This document shows positions 26,030-27,103 of a stretch of DNA of 27,103 nt, in pieces. The notes beneath the pieces were generated by a model. The model was given only the letters and a program-made list of their open reading frames with translations. It searched no databases and was not told the origin of the DNA. Source of the stretch: a bacterium (lineage in GTDB: Bacteria; Desulfobacterota; DSWW01); the NCBI GenBank assembly GCA_040756235.1, contig JBFLZG010000057.1:1-27103 (forward strand), read 5' to 3'. The translations under genes and the position numbers were made by a program. Each line of letters begins with the position of its first letter. The first letter of the stretch is position 1.

Positions 26030-26899
26030 ATGGAACTTGCCTTGAAATCCAACCAGCGTGCCCGGAAGGGCCGATGGCGTCTGAGAAAGACCGTTTCGTC
26101 CGTGGCGGACCGGGGGCTGCGGGCGACGACCGAGCTCCCGTTCGTCCAGAAGATCTACGAGAACATGCTCCTCAACCAGATCAAAGAAGGCCCGATCCCG
26201 GGACACATCGGCGTCATCCTGGACGGCAACCGGCGCTGGGCGCAGGAAAAGGGCCTGGATCCATGGAAGGGGCACGAACAAGGCGCCCGCAAAATCGAGG
26301 ATTTTCTCAACTGGTGCAGCGACATGGAGGAGATCCGCTCGGTCACGCTGTACACCTTCTCAACGGAGAACTTCAAGCGGTCCGAAAGAGAAGTGGCCGA
26401 GATCTTTCGCCTCCTGAAGGAGTACCTCACCAGCCTGATGAAGGACGAGCGGGTCCACAAGAACGAAATCCGCATCAAGATGCTGGGCAGAATCCACCTC
26501 TTGCCCCAGGAGCTGCAGGACCTGATCGGGCAACTGGAAGAAAAGACGCGACATTACAAGAAGCACTTCTTCAACTTTGCGATCGCTTACGGCGGCAGGA
26601 CCGAGATCGTGGACGCGGTCCGAAGGCTGGCGGAAGACGTGAAGAAGGACAAGCTGTCACTGGAAGGAATCAGTGAGAACATCATCGAGAACTATCTCTA
26701 CACGGCCCACCTGCCGAACTGCAGCCCTGACCTGATCATCCGCACTTCCGGGGAGATCCGCCTGAGCAACTTCCTCACCTGGCAGGGCGCGTACAGTGAG
26801 CTCTGCTTCCTGGACGTGTTCTGGCCCGCCTTCCGCAAGCTCGACTTCCTCAGAGCTTTGCGCACCTACCAGAAGCGCCAGCGCCGCTTCGGCGGATAG
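26030..26899 (+). CDS. uppS: cis-Prenyltransferase (polyprenyl/undecaprenyl diphosphate synthase), archaeal-like sequence
   Basis: HIGVILDGNRRWA, GH..G, FSTENFKR, AYGGR.EI, PDLIIRTSGE.RLSNFL.WQ..YSE, RRFGG. Start may be 25976, 26015 or 26030 (GGAG precedes 26030). Confidence 0.92.
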   Translation: MELALKSNQRARKGRWRLRKTVSSVADRGLRATTELPFVQKIYENMLLNQIKEGPIPGHIGVILDGNRRWAQEKGLDPWKGHEQGARKIEDFLNWCSDMEEIRSVTLYTFSTENFKRSEREVAEIFRLLKEYLTSLMKDERVHKNEIRIKMLGRIHLLPQELQDLIGQLEEKTRHYKKHFFNFAIAYGGRTEIVDAVRRLAEDVKKDKLSLEGISENIIENYLYTAHLPNCSPDLIIRTSGEIRLSNFLTWQGAYSELCFLDVFWPAFRKLDFLRALRTYQKRQRRFGG

Positions 26900-26926
26900 A
26901 GGACGGCGCAAAACGCCCATCTGCGG
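26900..26926 (-). mobile_element. Truncated right end of the same MITE family (inverted)
   Basis: AGGACGGCGCAAAACGCCCATCTGCGG aligns with the reverse complement of the copy 1 right end AGCCTGTCCCAAAACGCCCATCTGCGG; directly after the uppS TAG. Confidence 0.6.
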
Positions 26927-26942
26927 AGCCGTCGCAAAGGGC

Positions 26943-27024
26943 CGTCATTCCCGCGGACACGGGAATCCCCCTGTACCCCGGGATCCCGGCTCGCGGCCGC
27001 TACGCGGCCTTGGCCGGGGATGAC
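26943..27024. repeat. CGTC-tagged REP-like element containing a dRS3-type core
   Basis: CGTCATTCCCGCGGACACGGGAATCC ... GGATCCCGGC...GCCGGGGATGAC; the core is ATTCCC-N8-GGGAAT. Confidence 0.75.
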
Positions 27025-27103
27025 AACCCATCTGCCCGATAGCAGTCGTACCATGAGGGCCGTGCGGGCGGTGCCGCAACTGGCAGTCATGGCGTGAGGG
27101 GCG

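Noticed and set aside
26866..27090. 74-aa minus-strand ORF at the window end
   Set aside because: It runs through repeat elements and overlaps uppS; no protein features.

Overview
GC-rich bacterial chromosomal segment, most consistent with a Deltaproteobacteria/Desulfobacterota-like organism (inferred from gene types and repeat families). It carries 23 protein-coding genes. In order: long-form hflX; a minus-strand cupin / Zn-dependent dehydrogenase / AIR-synthase-like / HTH-pseudoreceiver cluster; a cysteine desulfurase-family gene and a GNAT; an MBL-fold hydrolase; a TPR-TlpA lipoprotein; aroE-aroK; selD-ugd; marR; a stand-alone ADP-forming acyl-CoA ligase beta subunit; exeA-exeB; an orphan parA; aroC; and a four-gene envelope cluster. 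The ORF track misses or mis-starts several features. (1) selD is a selenoprotein gene with an in-frame UGA (Sec19) and a SECIS-like hairpin. (2) selD is preceded by a sigma70 promoter and a ~320-nt leader whose first ~130-155 nt can fold into a multi-stem RNA with mutually exclusive pairings, a candidate cis-regulatory RNA I do not recognise. (3) hflX appears to start at a non-canonical ATT. (4) The envelope cluster combines a hexapeptide acyltransferase, a split-MFS protein with a predicted periplasmic SAM-binding domain, a GT-C glycosyltransferase and an archaeal-like cis-prenyltransferase, a candidate lipid-linked surface-glycan modification system. (5) At least four families of small intergenic repeats are present (IS-derived MITE, GTAG-REP, CGTC/dRS3-like REP, inverted heptamer arrays), often at stop codons. 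No rRNA, tRNA, CRISPR array or transposase gene was seen.
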